DNA of 64,000 nt from Mizuhopecten yessoensis (taxonomy: Eukaryota): positions 1,238,135 through 1,302,134 of the forward strand of contig NW_018408821.1 in NCBI RefSeq assembly GCF_002113885.1, written 5' to 3'. The number at the start of each line of letters is the position of its first letter. The first letter of the stretch is position 1. This document shows, piece after piece, positions 26,821 to 39,255 of the stretch. Under the pieces are notes generated by a model, which saw only the letters and a program-made list of their open reading frames with translations, was not told where the DNA came from and did not search any database. The translations under genes and the position numbers were made by a program.

Positions 26821-28176
26821 TTAAGACGTTAACTTAGCAATGGATCGGTGATGATTTTTTTTTAAAGCCACTAAAATGATTATCGCCGAGCGTTTAAAGC
26901 TAATGGTTACAATGGGTCGTAATCGCATATTAATTCCTCTAAACAAAATACGAGTTATTGTACCAACCTTTAAGAAGGAGAGGTCACTTTATAACATGGT
27001 GTTAAGCCTAAGCCAGTGATAAAACATTAAAACAAACAGGTGATGTGAATATGATTTATGAAAGTTTCCAGCTGACCAAATTCTAACCAATTTGATGTAT
27101 AACATAACTGGCTTGATTCCGTTCTTCGAGACGCAACTATTGCACTGGGAAGAATAGATAAGCATGCCGTGTCCAACTGCATACTATAGTACGATAGGAA
27201 CTTATGTAGGGCCCGCTATGGAATAGGGAATTTTCATCTGTGTCTATAGGGGAAATTAGAGAAACCAAAATTGATTCTAATACTTTGGATATATGAATGC
27301 TTTTTATTCCTCATTTCCCGACTTGTTTTCTATTTTAAAATGTTTTTCCCATCAGCCGTCTTTACATGTCCTTAACGTAAACTAAAATAAGCAAACAAAC
27401 AATCCTCGAGACCTATCAGGCATGATACAAGCACACACATCTACAAAGCCTTTTGCTTGTCTCTGAATCAATTTGTCATTTATTATCTTGAAAATAAATC
27501 TGAGTTTAGAAATAAATGTTAAAGTTGAAGTATTGCATCTAAATTACTAATATCGTCCGTTTAAAGCTATTTGGAAGAATACTTTTTTTAGCGACTTGTG
27601 AGCTGAATGAAATGAGTAAATACAGACAGGTCACAATGAAAAACAATTTTGCTTTAGCGCAACCCCAATAAAAGGGGTACACTCACGTTTAGGTTTTCAA
27701 AACACGATGTATTTATAGCCCACAGTATTAAACACGTATGTCCACATCACGACCATCAAATTAAGGTCACGTGCTTATTTAATTTCATTGGATACGCTTG
27801 ATGTTACACTGAGACGTGCATGCAGAGTCTCTAGTTCAAAGTCAAATTCTGGAAATAATTTCCGATAACTCATATATATGATATACGGTATCTTCCTATC
27901 TATTTTAGGGCAAACACCCACATAGCAACAGCATATTGTAGACAATTTCCTATCATGTTGTTTTGGTGATAGTTTGATATAAACATTAAGCAAACATCTT
28001 TTGTTTTATTTAAGTCAGCTAGGCTAAGATCAATAAGCTCAACACGAACCATGGAAATACACCTTCGTGTATGACGACAGTGTCATGCGGTTATCTACGA
28101 AGAAGACATCATTGACGAAATGAATGAAAAAAGAAGTCCAAAGAGTTGTAAAAGGGGCACCGTGTCAAGTGTGGCC

Positions 28177-28184
28177 TGACGTCA
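28177..28184. promoter_or_regulatory. Perfect CRE palindrome TGACGTCA upstream of the NKY coding exon
   Basis: Motif seen directly, ~1.7 kb upstream of the ATG. A second one is at 28930-28937. Function is inferred only. Confidence 0.3.
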
Positions 28185-29764
28185 CATTCCCGATTCTGTC
28201 ATGAGTGTCTGTATCGTCATTGCAATCAAAGATCCCGGAAAAGCCTAATGTCACGATCTGCTTGCTTCTAACGAAGTTCTAACATTATAGAAAATTGGAT
28301 TACACTGAACTCGTTGCAGTCGTGGTCTGATGAAATGCATTTTCATGTGATGTTTAAATAGGAGATTGCAGTACATGTATACATACATTTGTGGGAAACT
28401 TTCCATCAAGAAGTTAAATCTGTTTGGAAAATGTTTTGTATCGTAATCAATCGTAATAAAGAAAACAAACGAGCCCTTATCCGTTCTCAATATTTGTTTT
28501 TGTAACACTTGATAATCGTGTAAAATAAATTCACCAGTTCAGATTACATATGTTGGACGTGAAGGTAATTACCTATATGATGCGTCATGATTTCCAAACA
28601 ATGAATCCAGGACGACATTTTCAAACTGAAGCAGTTTCTAAATAAAATGTAGGTAAAAGTTATTTTTATTTAGCAAAACTAAACACATTCTAATCCACTG
28701 GACATGACATTTTGTTTTTAAATATTAGGTTAGTTCAATTAAGGATTGAATCCTGTTTTGTTGCGGTTTATGGAGTATAAACCTGAATGGGTCTTGAGAC
28801 AAATACAATATGAACTGCGTAGTATTCTATCGTTCTATTTACATTCAGTGCGATATTGATATTGTTTTAGATTATTTCGAAAATATCGGTCTTATGCAAG
28901 TCTAACACCACGGAAGGTACCGAAGCTTATGACGTCATCCCTCAATGTGAGACGTCGTCCTGGTCAGATTGATAACGTGTTTGTATTGATTACAACGCAA
29001 AAACACTTATGACAAAACAAAACCAAATATAAAGCAATCTATTAATATAACTATCTGCCGCGCTCCATGGAATAACATAGTAATCAGGTTGGTTACATGC
29101 TGATGTATTTATACACCAACTAGAAAGTTCATTGAAAAACAACCTTTAAAATGTTTAGTATGTATATTGAGTCCAAGTTCAGTATAAATGTAAATACTCT
29201 TTCTTAAACTGCGATTGACAGTGACATGGTCACGTTTGAGTCCGTATTTAGTATATCATCTCTGTATGACTATTTGTTTTCGAAAAATCTGTACATTGAA
29301 ACGTTACAATGGTTTCTGCGTATGCTTTACTTTTCTCTTTATACACCACGGGTCTGGGCTTTAGAAAATAACATACGTGTTGTTCAATGTTTAAGGAGGC
29401 CACATAAGTTGGAACCACATGTAGAATCGGGGATTTGCTTTTATGCCCTCTACATGGGGATAGAAAAGCGATCAACACAATTTTGCTGCGTCCATTTCAA
29501 CCTTTGGCATCTTTATATTTCTCCCTACTTTCTGCAACCATTTGTTTCATATCGCCTGCTTGCGAATAACTCACTTTTGTTCTTTGTGTTGAATGATTGC
29601 CAAAGGGGGTAAGGTTATAGATTACATGTACGGTCCACCCCGGGACTTGCTAAAGTCCTTGAAATGACAATTGTGACCGGTCGGAATATTATCATGGGTG
29701 CCATAGTGTTTAATAGAGGCAAATACATCAACATACTGCATATATTACATACATGTGAATATAG

Positions 29765-29825
29765 AGGCACGCCTTCAAATAACGTAGGCTGTTAATAGGA
29801 CGTTAAACCCAATTAAACCAAACTT
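29765..29825 (+). mobile_element. Isolated SINE 3' tail in the NKY intron
   Basis: GCTGTTAATAGGACGTTAAAC followed by AAACCAAAC, matching the tails of the other SINE copies. Confidence 0.65.
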
Positions 29826-29880
29826 TTTTTATTTCATTTTCGTCTTGCTCAATAACGCATGTATAACCTTCAATTCATCG

Positions 29881-29899
29881 CCACTTTTTATTTTTTCAG
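29881..29899 (+). other. Splice acceptor immediately 5' of the NKY ATG
   Basis: Polypyrimidine tract CCACTTTTTATTTTTTCAG|ATG. Confidence 0.8.
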
Positions 29900-30319
29900 A
29901 TGACACAAGGAACATCCTTATTGCTGGTTGTGTTTGCCAACTTTTTTGTCGTACAGTGCTATGGGTCCTATCTTCCTGGTGCTCTTGGACTGTCCAAGTC
30001 GAATGAGGCCAGTAACTATATAGACTCTGTAATAACGGAAGAGGAGAAGGCCTTCTACGCTAAAGTGATACAGAGACTGATGGACCGCGCAGCCGCATTG
30101 GAGGAGGAAGTGGACGGACACAATGGAGACAATTTTGACTCTGACGCTGACTTAAGCAGTTCAAGCGATCTTAGTGGTTTAAAACGCTCTATGGACAAAC
30201 GAAAGGTTTTCTGGCAGCCTCTTGGGTATGTTCCGGCTTCAATGCGCATGTCACCAAATAACAAACATAAGGCAAGCCAGAAAGACGTAGGGAGGAAAGG
30301 TTTCCGCTATGGTAAATAG
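29900..30319 (+). CDS. NKY: Neuropeptide KY (NKY) prepropeptide, 139 aa
   Basis: Hydrophobic signal peptide (~aa 1-22), acidic pro-region, KR-SMD-KR convertase sites, then the 36-aa KVFWQPLGYVPASMRMSPNNKHKASQKDVGRKGFRY (30203-30310) followed by GK-stop (amidation). N-terminal K-x-FWQP and C-terminal RYamide are diagnostic of lophotrochozoan NKY. Confidence 0.93.
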   Translation: MTQGTSLLLVVFANFFVVQCYGSYLPGALGLSKSNEASNYIDSVITEEEKAFYAKVIQRLMDRAAALEEEVDGHNGDNFDSDADLSSSSDLSGLKRSMDKRKVFWQPLGYVPASMRMSPNNKHKASQKDVGRKGFRYGK

Positions 30320-30874
30320 GGGATCAGGACCACAGTCACATGGCCTGTACCGTCCTTATCTCCTCATGCGTCAATGTCGTGCACTCATTACTGTATTAAA
30401 CTATCGATGATTTCATCAAGGCCTTTATCATTTTTTTATTATTTTGTTTTTCTTTTGGATGAAAAAAATGTTGTAGATGTGAGACACAAATTCTCACCGG
30501 AGATAGTATAAAATATACAGGTTAGTTCAAATATGTTCTGACTTCTACATGAATAGGTGTAAGTACAGGTAATACATAATGTACGTACGTGTTATAAAAA
30601 CAAAACAACGTGGTGGGTTGGACGAATCATTGTTGACTTTTAAGTCTTTTAATATCAAAAATATTGAAAGCATATTTTAAAACAGACAATTATGAAACAA
30701 AAAACAAACTTAAACAAATCGAAAGTAGCAGGCTAGATCCTGGTTTTACCCACGTATTTGATGTAAATATGATTCCACTACTTTCCTTCGTACACATCAT
30801 CCTTTGTTTTCATTATACATTATATAGAATAATGTATAATGAAGTACCTGTAGCTGTCCATTATGATGTTAAAT

Positions 30875-30880
30875 AATAAA
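30875..30880 (+). terminator. Candidate polyadenylation signal for NKY
   Basis: First AATAAA I found after the stop (~555 nt 3' UTR). A variant ATTAAA lies at ~30395. Confidence 0.35.
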
Positions 30881-31008
30881 CAGATATTGGCCTAAAAATG
30901 CAGTTACAGGAAACAAAAATAATTTTAAGCATCAGCATTTAGAAGAAAATCCACAATTTATCTACAACATATTGCTTTACCAGAAATGTGTTCATTATGA
31001 ATATAAAA

Positions 31009-31276
31009 TAATCCATTGAAACACCACAGACAGTTATATTTGATCCAGGAATAATCCAGCTGCTCATGTCACTGTTGAATTTTATTGAGGAGAAAAGTCT
31101 TTGAGAACAAATTAATCCAACAGAGTGCTGTTAAACCTCTCGGCGAGGAATATGGTAATCCAATAATTATTTCAAAATATGAACATTGATGGAATAGAAA
31201 CACATACATCTTGATTCAAGAATAATCCAACAGATCTTCCCAAACAACGATCTATACTTGAAGGTAGGATTAATCC
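31009..31276 (+). promoter_or_regulatory. Homotypic TAATCCA cluster (K50 homeodomain-type sites or decayed minisatellite)
   Basis: TAATCC at 31009, 31052, 31113, 31156, 31223 and 31271, the last within the palindrome GGATTAATCC. Confidence 0.4.
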
Positions 31277-31842
31277 AATAGACCTAATTTTTCAAGACTA
31301 TAATGTTTTTTTTCCTGGAAGTGAGATCATTTAACTGCCATCATTGGTTTAGGTGATATTTTTGGTTTTTGAATTGACTTACCCTCTGCTGCAGGAAATG
31401 TTCGACTTATCTCCTGATGCATGCAGTTTAAATGCCATTTTAGCAAACTTTCCCTTTTGTTCTCTGTTCAATGTGTTGTGTCAATCAACATGTCTTGACA
31501 TTAAAAATCTTCCAAAATGATGTCGAAAGCGATATTGTCGTGTCCTGAAAATCCCATGTTCTCGATCCTAACGACCAATCTGAACTGACTGGTAAATACC
31601 CGGGATTCACTTCATCAGTATTTGGACATGCAAATCATGTGCATTTTCAAATATAGTAACCCTACCTGTACCTGTCCAGTAAGTTAACAATATGCAGTTA
31701 TGTATGAATGACCAAAGCTCATGCAGCATACCCACAAACACCTCGTCATTGTTAACTTCGTTACTTGTACATTGTTCAGCAGCTCTCTATTCTTAAAACA
31801 AAAATGTGTCCACTTTTAATAAAAAGGGGTACTGTAAGTGGT

Positions 31843-31947
31843 AGAAAAGCCCCAAATAGTCCATTCTGTAAGAGAATGAACAGATCTCGGCCATACGGGC
31901 CTCGGTCAGTCCATTCTCTCACAGAATGGACAGTTTTCGGCTATTCT
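31843..31947. mobile_element. Palindromic element with CTCGG...CTCGG cap
   Basis: Arms AGAAAAGCC...GTCCATTCTGTAAGAGAATGAAC and GTCCATTCTCTCACAGAATGGAC...GGCTATTCT, cap CTCGGCCATACGGGCCTCGG. Confidence 0.7.
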
Positions 31948-32794
31948 CCTTTACTTCAGCTAAAGAATTGCCTGAAATCCTTCCATTACAAGTCATTTGT
32001 TCTTAGCTTAAGTTCTGCTTTCTCATGGAAAATCTTAAAGCAATATTTTAAGATAAGAATTTTTGTAAAACTTAGACCTTGAACAATTTTCATATCTGTT
32101 GTTAAGGACCTTAAATTTCGTTTTACACGTTATATACAACAAACTTCTGTTTTAAGGTCCGATCGAGACAGACTGTACTATTATATCTCCACAAAATACA
32201 TGATATACCGTTATAAAAACAATAAATGTAAATTTCTATGAGGAGTATATTGTCTAGATAAACGTTGTCAGCCTTTTGATCTCGATGGCCTTTGTAATTC
32301 TTTTAAAAATAACGTTATTACATTGACATATAAAACGAACAAAGCAGACTGCTGACCTCTGAGATAAAGCAAACCTCAGAGCGAGGCTGCAGGGTATGTT
32401 TAGTTGTTATTACATTCTGACTGGTACCGACCTTAACATCAAGGCAATCACTAATAAGAAACCGATTAGTGCTGTGATTTCTATAAAAGAATTAGTTTGA
32501 GTCCAGTGTTTTAATATGAAACGTGCGCATTTAGTTGATCAGTAGAAATAACGGGAACATTTTCCCTTGTAGAAAAGTTAACCTCAAACTGGATAATTTT
32601 AAGAGCATATAAGCCCAACCAAAATTTTCAGTTTTGGCTGTTTAGTATGATTTTATGAACAGAAAATGACACACATGAATAAAAATAACACTTAAAAAAG
32701 TATTCAAAATTATGATTACTTTCGGAAATCTACACCGTAAGTTCCGAAATAACCACATTTCAGAAACTCAACTGAACATAACTGAACAATACAA

Positions 32795-32930
32795 ACCTCT
32801 AGTGTACACACTTTTACGATACATGTATAAGACTCAACTGTACTCACAATAACGAGACCAGACTATATTGTACAAGCCTAAATGATACCAGACTCTATCG
32901 TACACACCCTAACGAGACCAGACTCAATTT
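32795..32930. repeat. Degenerate 30-bp minisatellite
   Basis: AACGAGACCAGACTMTATYGTACACACCCT-like units x4-5. Confidence 0.7.
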
Positions 32931-35900
32931 TAAATCCAGTTTTGGAATAAAACACTTCTATATATAAATATAATACTTTTTATAACGTAGACAGATTTAA
33001 TGCCTTTTAGTTTCATACTTTTCCACTGTAGAAATATATTCATTTATTTTCATGTGGAGCTTTCGTGCAGTTAAAACGACAGTGTGCGATGAATTGATGG
33101 CACTGAGACCCGGAACCATTTTACATGTATTGCTAGACTAGATATCTTAAATAAAAAGCATGCCTAATTAATAATTTGTATTATTGGGTTGTTAAAATCT
33201 GGATTTATTTGTTTTAAGATAATTATGAAAAAAACACCATATCAACTTCAATTAATAACTCTCCTTGGTCCTAACAAAAGCGCACAGTTGGTCTTAACGT
33301 GGGAGGAAACCTTAATACCCAAATGTGTAAAGCCACGTGGTCAGGTTTCATGATAGTTTTACGGATGGCAATGTCAACAAACGTTAAATCGTGAACGGAT
33401 TACTCAATAGTCTAGGGCAGATATGAGACCCTTGTTCTCTGTCACAATGTACGTGCATGTCATATACAATGTATTTTATAAAAATCTGTTCTTGTCGGAA
33501 TCGAGATAAACGAGCATGTTTGCATTTAACGCGTAGAATTTGACGTATTAAACCATGTTCTCGCACGATATTAGTAAACGCGTCAGTTTAATTCCATTTT
33601 TGACAATTACGTCATTCATACATATATTATATCAAATACGACTTGGATACGGCTACAGGAGATAACACTTTCGTCAGGGGCGATTTAAACTGAAATTTGG
33701 ACATGTAGAAAACCTTCCTTTTTTGTTACATTACAAGACACAGTTGTGTAACTGACAAACCTCACAAACGAATCCCGAGATTATATCTGTTAGGAAAAAC
33801 GGACAAAACGACAAATACATATTCATAGGCGTATGCCAACCAAAATCAAATCTTGTCCATGTATGCATAATTTGTGCCTATACTATGGAGACCGTTTATA
33901 GCAAACACATATCACTATATACTGTTTGAATAAGACGAGGACAACGGTCGACGTACACAATGACAGCCAGGATTAGAATCACAATGTCACGTACCTGGTA
34001 CATTAGAAGTGGCAATAGTTCCAGGGAGTGTTATTTCCTCCTGAATATGACTACTTTCCGGCGATCTGCTGGGCCAAACCGGCTTAATGTCTATTCAATA
34101 TGGTGTCGCCATGAAACGCACATCAGCATTAAGTCATTAGGTCTACTGGGATGAGGGGCACGGCAGAAATACTGAAATCAGTGGATGGCGAATACTACGT
34201 TTTATCTATCACTGACATTTAAGGCCAGAATCTTGATTTAAGTAAATCTCAATATGTTGAATTGTTTAATGTGCCATGAAATTAATAAACAATTATTGAC
34301 ACTTGCTGAGGTTGGTAATAACCTGAAGGCATAATACGTTAACAGAAGGCGATGGAGGCGATGTTAGAGGTTATTATCATTTGTTAATGTTCAAATACCA
34401 ACTATAGAACGCAACACTTAATACAATTTAGCTGTATCTGTAAAATCTTATGTTTTAAATCTATTTTCACGATCTGAAAAGGCAGAAGAACCTGGGAGTC
34501 TTAAGATCTTCGCCAAAACTAGATACATTAGGACAGCTTAATTGTCAGGAGAGCCTAAACGCACTAGCATGCATAGGTACAAGTAAACATAGACTTCAGT
34601 ATTTATATCTTCTAATATAAGGCACATACTTGGGACTCTGCGTTGTATTGTGAACGTCTACATTTGTATGTCAGTGTGTTACGGCTCTCGCCCAACAATC
34701 AAATTGTCAAAATATGTCCAAATCTAAGAAAGGGCTAGAGAATATTTGGCTAAAATAAACATTCACCCTGAAAAAGCCAGCTGCTCAGCTTGTTGTGAAA
34801 TATACAAAACATGTTTATAGGTCAACATTTAGAGAGAGAACTGCCAAGCTTTTGGATCAATGTTAAGTTTGATAAGCTGTTGTAAGGACCTAAAAGGATG
34901 ATATCCTCGGGGTGTTAAACGCCATAATACTTCACCCTAAACATATAACATTGGTCTGGCAGAAATACAAATTGCCTTTTAGTGTGTTACATAGCAAACA
35001 CTTAATACATGACCTATAGCTTATAACATGCTAGACCTAAATAGCGTCTGTGTACTACATTGTGGATGCCCTGTCATTATTTCGGGATGTAAGCTTGTAT
35101 ATTACCTGTCAGTTATGGCAGGGATATCATACATAATATACATCGTAGGAATAGAGTCGGTAACTGGTATCACTGTTGTCATTTGTTGTGTTAAATGTGT
35201 ATATAACGTAATACAACCGCATCAGAAAAAAACTTGCCACAAGGTATGCCGAAGATGTCATGGCGTCATAGTCGTTTCGCAGATCCATATTTACATTAGC
35301 CTCCATCTTTTACAGCACTATCGTTGGGAGAACTATTATCTAATATGTGTTTACCAGCTTTTAAAAACAAATAAAGAAGAATTATTCGAAATATAAATTC
35401 GGAATAATCAATCTTTGGGACTAACATAGAACTCATCTAGAGTCTGGTGATGACACTCACCAAAAAACATCATGTATGGTATGTTCCAAACCTCAAACTA
35501 TGGTGTTGTAACCAAAATACACACTGTTCCATATGAATTTGCTTGTGATAATGAGAACAGATTGCATGTAACGTCAGTGAAAATAAAGTCGTTTTGATGA
35601 AAACAAAAACAGAGACAGCTCTATATACTACAGTGAAAGCGGCCTTGAACCAACGATATCGGTTGTGTATTGATAGATTGGTACCACGTAGGGAGGATTA
35701 GGATTGGACCTTGAAACGATGTTATGGGGCATGGTTTCTTCTTCATTTTTCTCAACAAATCCATCAATAATATGTTAGAGAGTACAACTGAGAACATCGG
35801 GAATAAAGTGAACGGTAAACTTAGTGACGAACTAGAAATGTCAACAATTAGTGAAGAAATCGCCAGCAGAAATGGACGTACAACGTTACAATATGATCTT

Positions 35901-36289
35901 GATGGATCATGCAAGTTTTTTTTCCCAAAATACCCATATTTCATTTTCTTTATTATACGCATGCAGACGGAAGGTATTTTCTAATAAAAGCACTATTTTA
36001 ACCACAGGTTCCGAAAACCGTTTTTCTTCTCCTACACTATCTATAACACAGACGGTCTTAAGGAAATGTTACCTTCGTATTATTTCAAATAATATCGAAA
36101 GATAAGAGTTAGTAGACGTATATTTATTGCACAAATATACCAACATTTACGAAAGCCGTAAGGGGCCGTAGTGGGTTCGTTCTTTTCCAAACATGCAGCT
36201 GCGAAATAGCCGATAAGTTGAGTCAAAGCAAATTCAAGTCATTATGAGGGTCCAAACTAAAAGCATACAGCACATTTTATAATTTCTTA

Positions 36290-36452
36290 GCTACCACTAT
36301 CGCTCCACCACTGGGTCGCGTGTTCGAGGCCTACGTGGGGCAGTCGCCAGGTACTGGCCGTAGGTCGGTCGTGTTCCTTCGGGAACTCCGGCTTTCCTCA
36401 ACAACCAAAACCTGTCATGTCCTTAAATGACCATAGCTGTTAATAGACGAAA
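36290..36452 (+). mobile_element. V-domain-type SINE fragment
   Basis: B-box-like GTTCGAGGCC, V-like CGGGAACTCCGGCTTTCCTC, tail GTCCTTAAATGACCATAGCTGTTAATAGACG. Matches 39130-39255. Confidence 0.75.
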
Positions 36453-39129
36453 AAAAATTCTTAGCGTGGTCTTAAATAATTTTGCAGTTTCAATGTTAAT
36501 TATCACTTATGAATAAACAACGTAGTACTCAACACCAAACGAAGTGCATCAGCAGGATACAGTATATAATGAAATCGGCGTTATATCAGATACATGTAGA
36601 CAATAACAGGCTCAATACGTTGGGGATGGTTTAAGAGGGAAATAAGTCATCGCTGAAGTTAAGAAAAAATCCCTCACTTTGGATTTTTCCTTAAATCTTC
36701 AATATTGCATTACCGTGGAAAAATACGTTTCGGAGCCCACCATTACTGCATTCCATGCTAACGTATATGCAGATATTTCGGAAAATTTTCCAATTCTCCT
36801 GATGAGACATACATTACTAGGTTTTTGCCTTAACATCGTCATAAACGTTTTGAAAACAGGGATATGGGTATGATACAACCTGGAAAAAATCTGACATCGC
36901 CGTAAAGGAGAGGAAAATGATAGACATAATTCGTGTTAAGTACATGTTTAAATCGTATTGTTATGAAAAATTACAAGTTAATTAAGACAAATTATAGAGA
37001 TGTATATTTAATATATTTAACTTGATAAATCATAAGGGGGTTAATAAAAAGATGTTGGACTAAAGGAATGTTAAGGTTAGCTAAGCGTCAATACCATCTG
37101 TCAGAACACAGGAAATTAACTAGTTAAATACTGATGGTTTATATACAATGCAGATGAAAAGCGGATTACAAACAGTTATGGAATAGTTCTCAGACAAAAG
37201 TTGGTAATGGTATTTTCTTTATGATGCCATAAAAAGCCATTTCATGTGCAGATAATGAACTTCTCAAGCCTTTTATATTATAATGCTCAAGGCCAAAATT
37301 AAGACAGTCCTATAGCTGTCTAAAAAACAGGAACCTCTTTGGTTACTAACAGTTGATTACGCAAATTGCATATCAAATTATTTTTGTATATTTTAATCCT
37401 GAAGATTTTCCTTATGGCTGGGCCTTTTCTATTACTTGCCACATAACCAAAACAGAACGCCAAAGCAGATTGCGATCCACTTAGAAAGAGATGATTTGCT
37501 ATTATTACTATTTCTAATACAATACATACATGTATAAACATTTAAAACTGTAGACTCGTTACAAATAGGAAACGAAGGCGAACTTGGCATATGAACAAAA
37601 AAAAATATAAAAAATCTAGGTCATGTGATGTACATTTTAATACTGTTATCTATCATATATATAATTGTTATCATGGCGGAGCATTGTATTAATAAATTTA
37701 ATGTAATAAAAAGGCGTTAATCAGAGGTGACAGATGTTATTTTCCTTGCCTATAAATGATTTGGATGATAATAGTACCGAAGCAAACTGTAAGATCGATG
37801 ATTAGATCATTGTACCCTTTGTTTTCTATGCAACCGACATAGATTTACAACTACTGACGACATTACCTAAGTGGTGCTGTTTAATGAAATAAAAATAAAA
37901 ATGCATTTTTATCATTATCAGGTCGCAAACAGTACTTTTAAATTGACCACTCCCATTAATGCCCCTTAGTCGCTGGTCTTATATGCAATCACATTAGCAC
38001 GTTTTATACAAAAGAATGGTAAGGGGAAGACACCAATTGTCAATACATCGGAACATCATCGCATCTAACTTATTTTGCTTTTCATTCCAACTATGTCCTT
38101 CAAAAGAGACAATTCAGTTATCCCTCACGTGTACAATTACTTTCGCTCGTTTCAAATCCGTACATGCATCTAACACTATCAAACAGATTTTAAAAACAGT
38201 CGCTGAAAATGAAATTATATTCATGCATGTTATAAAGATCTAGGTTTTAATTTTGTTTTATTTTAAAATACATATAACTTAAAAATGCATAGAAAGGTGT
38301 TAATTATATAATTTGTGAATATACCGTATGGTTTTCTAATTGCGATGTTTTATTTGTCGATGCCTTTCTTGATGGATACAATTCAAACCTTTCTCGATGG
38401 CTTTAAAAAGATATCCTTTAAAATATGTTTAAGAGGTGTGGGGCTTAGGCATTCGACTTCTAAAAACCATTCACGTTGTATTGTAGAAAACAGGCAAACT
38501 AACGAACAATTAACTATTGAATACTCTTCAAAATGTAATCTGATGAAAAAGACAAATCTGTCTTCAATTTTGTTCAGAATGTCATTTAGTCAAAAATAAA
38601 ACATTTATAAAATGAAACAGTATATATTAAATTGATAGAAGTGCTACAAAATGTTTAGAATTTATATCTTTAAAATTGCTTTGTTTGCCTTGACCTGATG
38701 GATTTGTACGTGCATTTTGCAACTGTATAACCTTTCTGTACTGATGAATTTAAAACTCAAAGTGAATAAAGAATTACTTAACAGGTGACTAAATAGGCGT
38801 GTATTAGTAAAACAGAGTATCAACCTTGGTCCACGTGTAATTACATATAAGTATGTTCAATTTTCCTTGTGAGACTACTTGTATAGGCTTTATTACATTT
38901 GTATATGTCAATGATTAGGTGATTAGCTGCCTGTTAATTATGTAAATGACCACTGTTACCTAGCACCCAATATATGTTTACTGACTTCTTTGCACACGTT
39001 TCGTTCGTTAATGACTATTTCTTTTTCTTCTATTTTTAAGTGAGCGTCTTGCGACTATTGCCCTCAGTTGTCGTACATATGTATGTTATCATCTTAACTG
39101 CCTCCATGCTGCTACAACCACTAGTCCTC

Positions 39130-39255
39130 AAAAACAGTCGACAGGTACTGACCGTAGGTCAGTGGTTTTTTCCGGGAACTCCGGCTTTCCTCCTCAACCA
39201 ACACCGGCACGTCCTTAAATAACCATAGCTGTTAACAGGACGTAAAACAAAAACA
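39130..39255 (+). mobile_element. V-domain-type SINE fragment, second copy
   Basis: CAGGTACTGACCGTAGGTCAGTGGTTTTTTCCGGGAACTCCGGCTTTCCTC...GTCCTTAAATAACCATAGCTGTTAACAGGACGTAAAAC. Confidence 0.75.

Noticed and set aside
29226-29612. 128-aa ORF upstream of NKY
   Set aside because: No recognisable motif or protein-like composition, and it lies in the presumed NKY intron.
29918-30264. Two antisense ORFs within NKY
   Set aside because: Shadows of the real coding strand.
35621-36105. Overlapping 84-113 aa ORFs, considered as a transposase relic
   Set aside because: No identifiable motif or flanking repeats.
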